Source of the DNA: the human T2T-CHM13v2.0 reference genome, Homo sapiens
NCBI RefSeq assembly: GCF_009914755.1
Contig: NC_060931.1
Reading direction: 5' to 3' (one strand)
DNA: 64,000 nt
Positions 61,138 through 64,000 of the stretch are shown piece after piece. The notes under the pieces are model-generated. The model searched no databases. It had not been told where the DNA came from and worked only from the letters and a program-made list of their open reading frames with translations. Position 1 is the first letter of the stretch. Every line of letters begins with the position of its first letter. The translations under genes were made by a program, and so were the position numbers.

Positions 61138-61432
61138 TAATGAGGCAAGAGGAGCAAATGTTCATAGCCTGTACTGTTTTAGAAATAGTAAATAATATCA
61201 AATAATCAAGCCACAATCTTTACTCTTTGATCAATTTTTGAGTTAAATAAAAATAAGGCTTTTTATAGTATATAATAAAACATATATATTTTATATACCT
61301 ACATATATTTATATATTTCTAATATATAATGAAAAAGAAATTTAAAATGTAAGCTAGGGAAATATCATTGAAGAGGTTCATATACCAAGTAAAAACCACA
61401 AATGCTTTGACCTTACCATCATGAATATTTAC

Positions 61433-61638
61433 CTTTTCATTCAATATTTGGATATCTGGTATCTTAATCTGCTTTAATCTTTCCAATGACAAGTTTCCTT
61501 TTGAGGTTAGTGTATCTAAGATGGTAAGTAAGTCATTCCTTGTATTTGCAGAGGTATTAATGGTGGAACTAGTTTCATTAATTTTCTTTTCAGCAGATGA
61601 TGATATGTGATAATATTTCTTGATGTTTTCTGAGGAGT
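61433..61638 (-). CDS. LAMB4: Laminin beta-4 exon 27 (DSSENIKKYYHISSSAEKKINETSS...IPDIQILNEK); absent from the ORF track
   Basis: Translated by hand: open frame, ACGTAG| acceptor, AAG|GTAAAT donor; 206 nt; joins exon 28 as LNEK-VCG, the conserved beta-chain junction. Confidence 0.92.
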
Positions 61639-62093
61639 CTACGTCAATGCAAATTGAAGTAAGGTAAATTTTGTGAAAACAAATGAAATTATATATAAGT
61701 TATTAAGATAATCATTCTATAATTTGGCTACTGTCTTGGTCTCAACTATCACCATAAAATTTCAACATCTTCCTTGAATTTGCAATTGATGGGGGAAGGA
61801 TTAGCTATAGTATAATAAATATGGATAGAATAGATACAGGGCATTGAGATTTAAGTCCACAGATGTGGTGTGAGTCCTGGCTTCACCCTTTACTGCCTGG
61901 GCATACCCTTGAGCAAATCAGTTCATCTCTTATATTTCATTTCTTCCTCTGTAAATTGGTGATAATAATTTGTGAGAATTGAGATAATATGAATATATTC
62001 TGTAAATAATTTCCACAAATATAAGATATTAACTATGAATACCTATATACACTCAAATATAATAAACCAACTAAATTTACTTAACCGTATAGA

Positions 62094-62320
62094 GCAGGAG
62101 TTGACAAACTTTTTCTGCAAAGGCCAAATAATTAACGTTTTAGGCTTTGCTGGCCATAGCATTTCTATTCCAACTACTCACCTCTGCCATTGTAGAGTGA
62201 AAGCAGCTACAGGCAGTATGTAAATAAAGAGGTGAGGTTGTGTTCCACTGAAGCAGTATTTACAAAGACAGGCTGTGGGCAGGATTCACCCTGATGCTGC
62301 GGTTTCCTGAACCCTGATGT
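62094..62320. mobile_element. MER58A-like (hAT) element
   Basis: CAGGAGTTGACAAACTTTTTCTGCAAAGGCCAAATAATTAACGTTTTAGGCTTTGC. Confidence 0.7.
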
Positions 62321-64000
62321 TGAGGCTGCTAACAATAGCTAACAGCTAGTTGGGTGCTTTGTAGGTGCCTGTACTATACTTCCCATCAATTTTCTTCCTC
62401 AATCTTCACAAAACAGTGTGAAATGCACATTAGTATGATCATATTCATTTTCAAATAAGGAAACTGAGGCTCTATTGAGGAAACTTATTTGCCTAAGTTC
62501 TCATTGATAGTAAGAGATGAAGCCAGGATGTGAATCCAGGGTGTTTGACTCCAGAGCCTGTGTTCTTAAGCACTTCTCTACATTTTCTATGTTTGCATTA
62601 TTAATACAAATTTGTGAAAGTAATAAGGTATGTATGGTATATTTTAATGTAAATTATAGTATATTAGGGGTTTAAACCATAACTCCATATTTTAGGAATC
62701 AGAGGCCCACGGTCCTGATCTGATCTTTACTCCCTATAGAACCATAATCCAGGCAGGAGACAACCACACCTTATCTTTCAAACTTTTCTGGTTCTATAAG
62801 ACCATACTCTTAATGTATCATGCTTTTCACTTATCATGAAAAAAGTGTTCCTATTGCTTGGAATTAGTTTCTTCTTTCATTTTTATGGCAGATTTTCTCC
62901 TACCCTGTGGAGATAATTCAATTGCCACCTATTCCCTGAAGACTTTACTAATGAACCCAGGAAGGATTCCGTTTTTGCTACTCTGTTTTTGAAGCAGCTT
63001 GAAGATGCTCTAACAGTCTTAATGCTGTTTGCAGTGGTTTATATTCTTGTCCCCTGCCCCCATTAGACAGAAATAACTCAAAGGTAGGGACTTGCTGTAA
63101 TGATCTGCCTGTTTCTACTGCACAATGTCAGGCATTGGAAAAAAGCCCAGTAACTGCTGTTGGACTGCAAATTTGAGAGGATTAGCATGGGGGCAGTTTC
63201 ACTTTATTTTACCTGGCGTGGGGTGACCTCTGATGGATTTTGAGTTCTTTCAGTGGGAACTGTCTTCTAGATTAGGAATCAGAGTAGATTCCTTACTCAT
63301 TACATGGCATTTATTGAACATCATCAATACATCTTTGCTAGAATTTGTTTCACTAAATTTAGGCATCCCTTTAGGGAAATTAGGTATTCCTACCTGCCTT
63401 CTATTTTTTTTTTCTCTTCTAGGTCAAAATCAGATAAAACACAGGAGTATATACATAGGACAATGAAAGCAGCCAAAGTTTTTTCCTGACATGGATTCAT
63501 GTATATTTTCCATCTGTCTCTCAATTGGATGGCTTAGGTGTGAATAAACTCAGTGATGCTTCTCTCAGTAGTAACAGGTTGTCCATTTCCAAATATAACA
63601 GGGGTATGATCTTGAATAGGAGATGAACTAATCAAAAGTTTTGCTTTAGAGTTCCATTTCTCTTGCAAATTATCTTGGCTTAGGCATAGCTCACATTCAG
63701 TTTTAAGAACTATGCAATATGAGTTAAGGGTGTGTAGTATGTTGCATGACTCTCATTCTTACAAAGCTCTTATGAGAAATATTGTGGGGTTTTTTTTGCC
63801 TCACATTCCATTGCATTTATGGTCACTGAAAATGGAGTGGCCTATACCGAGAAAGGCATATAAACATGTCTCTCTCATTTGCTTATGGCCATATTAGAAT
63901 TTCTAAGTTGTTGATTATTCAAGACCCCTTACATGGGTTTGGCACTAGATTACTTTGGGTGTTAGCATTTGTTTAATATCAGACATTGTTTACTTGTTAT

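Noticed and set aside
61700-64000. Search for a further LAMB4 exon
   Set aside because: No convincing open, splice-bounded coiled-coil segment found; the next exon probably lies beyond the window

Overview
Primate (human-like) genomic DNA spanning the tandem laminin beta-chain gene pair LAMB4 and LAMB1, both on the minus strand; in human this is chr7q31. The right part (35.8-61.6 kb) holds the last eight coding exons of LAMB4: about 456 aa covering coiled coil II, the 6-Cys beta-knob and coiled coil I, ending ...KKYARCYS*, followed by the 3'UTR. About 20 kb of intergenic DNA follows, then the LAMB1 CpG-island promoter, non-coding exon 1 and coding exons 2-5 (signal peptide and start of the LN domain). 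All internal exon junctions were read by hand as GT-AG with consistent phase. The rest is Alu-rich, with L1, L2, CR1, MaLR and DNA-transposon fossils, a U3 snoRNA retrocopy and a MADE1 hairpin. No new multi-gene system is evident. The most notable observations are: (1) a complex rearrangement at 17.6-18.65 kb that copied 229 bp of the LAMB1 upstream promoter, including a RARE-like element, next to an inverted L2 segment; (2) a fully in-frame possible LAMB4 exon33 to LAMB1 exon2 read-through junction; (3) a near-identical 113-bp direct repeat bracketing LAMB1 exon 5; (4) a MADE1 hairpin with a compensatory base-pair change; (5) an in-frame intronic ATG giving an alternative LAMB1 N-terminus. 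Repeat subfamily names and exon numbers come from recognition or memory, not from a database search.
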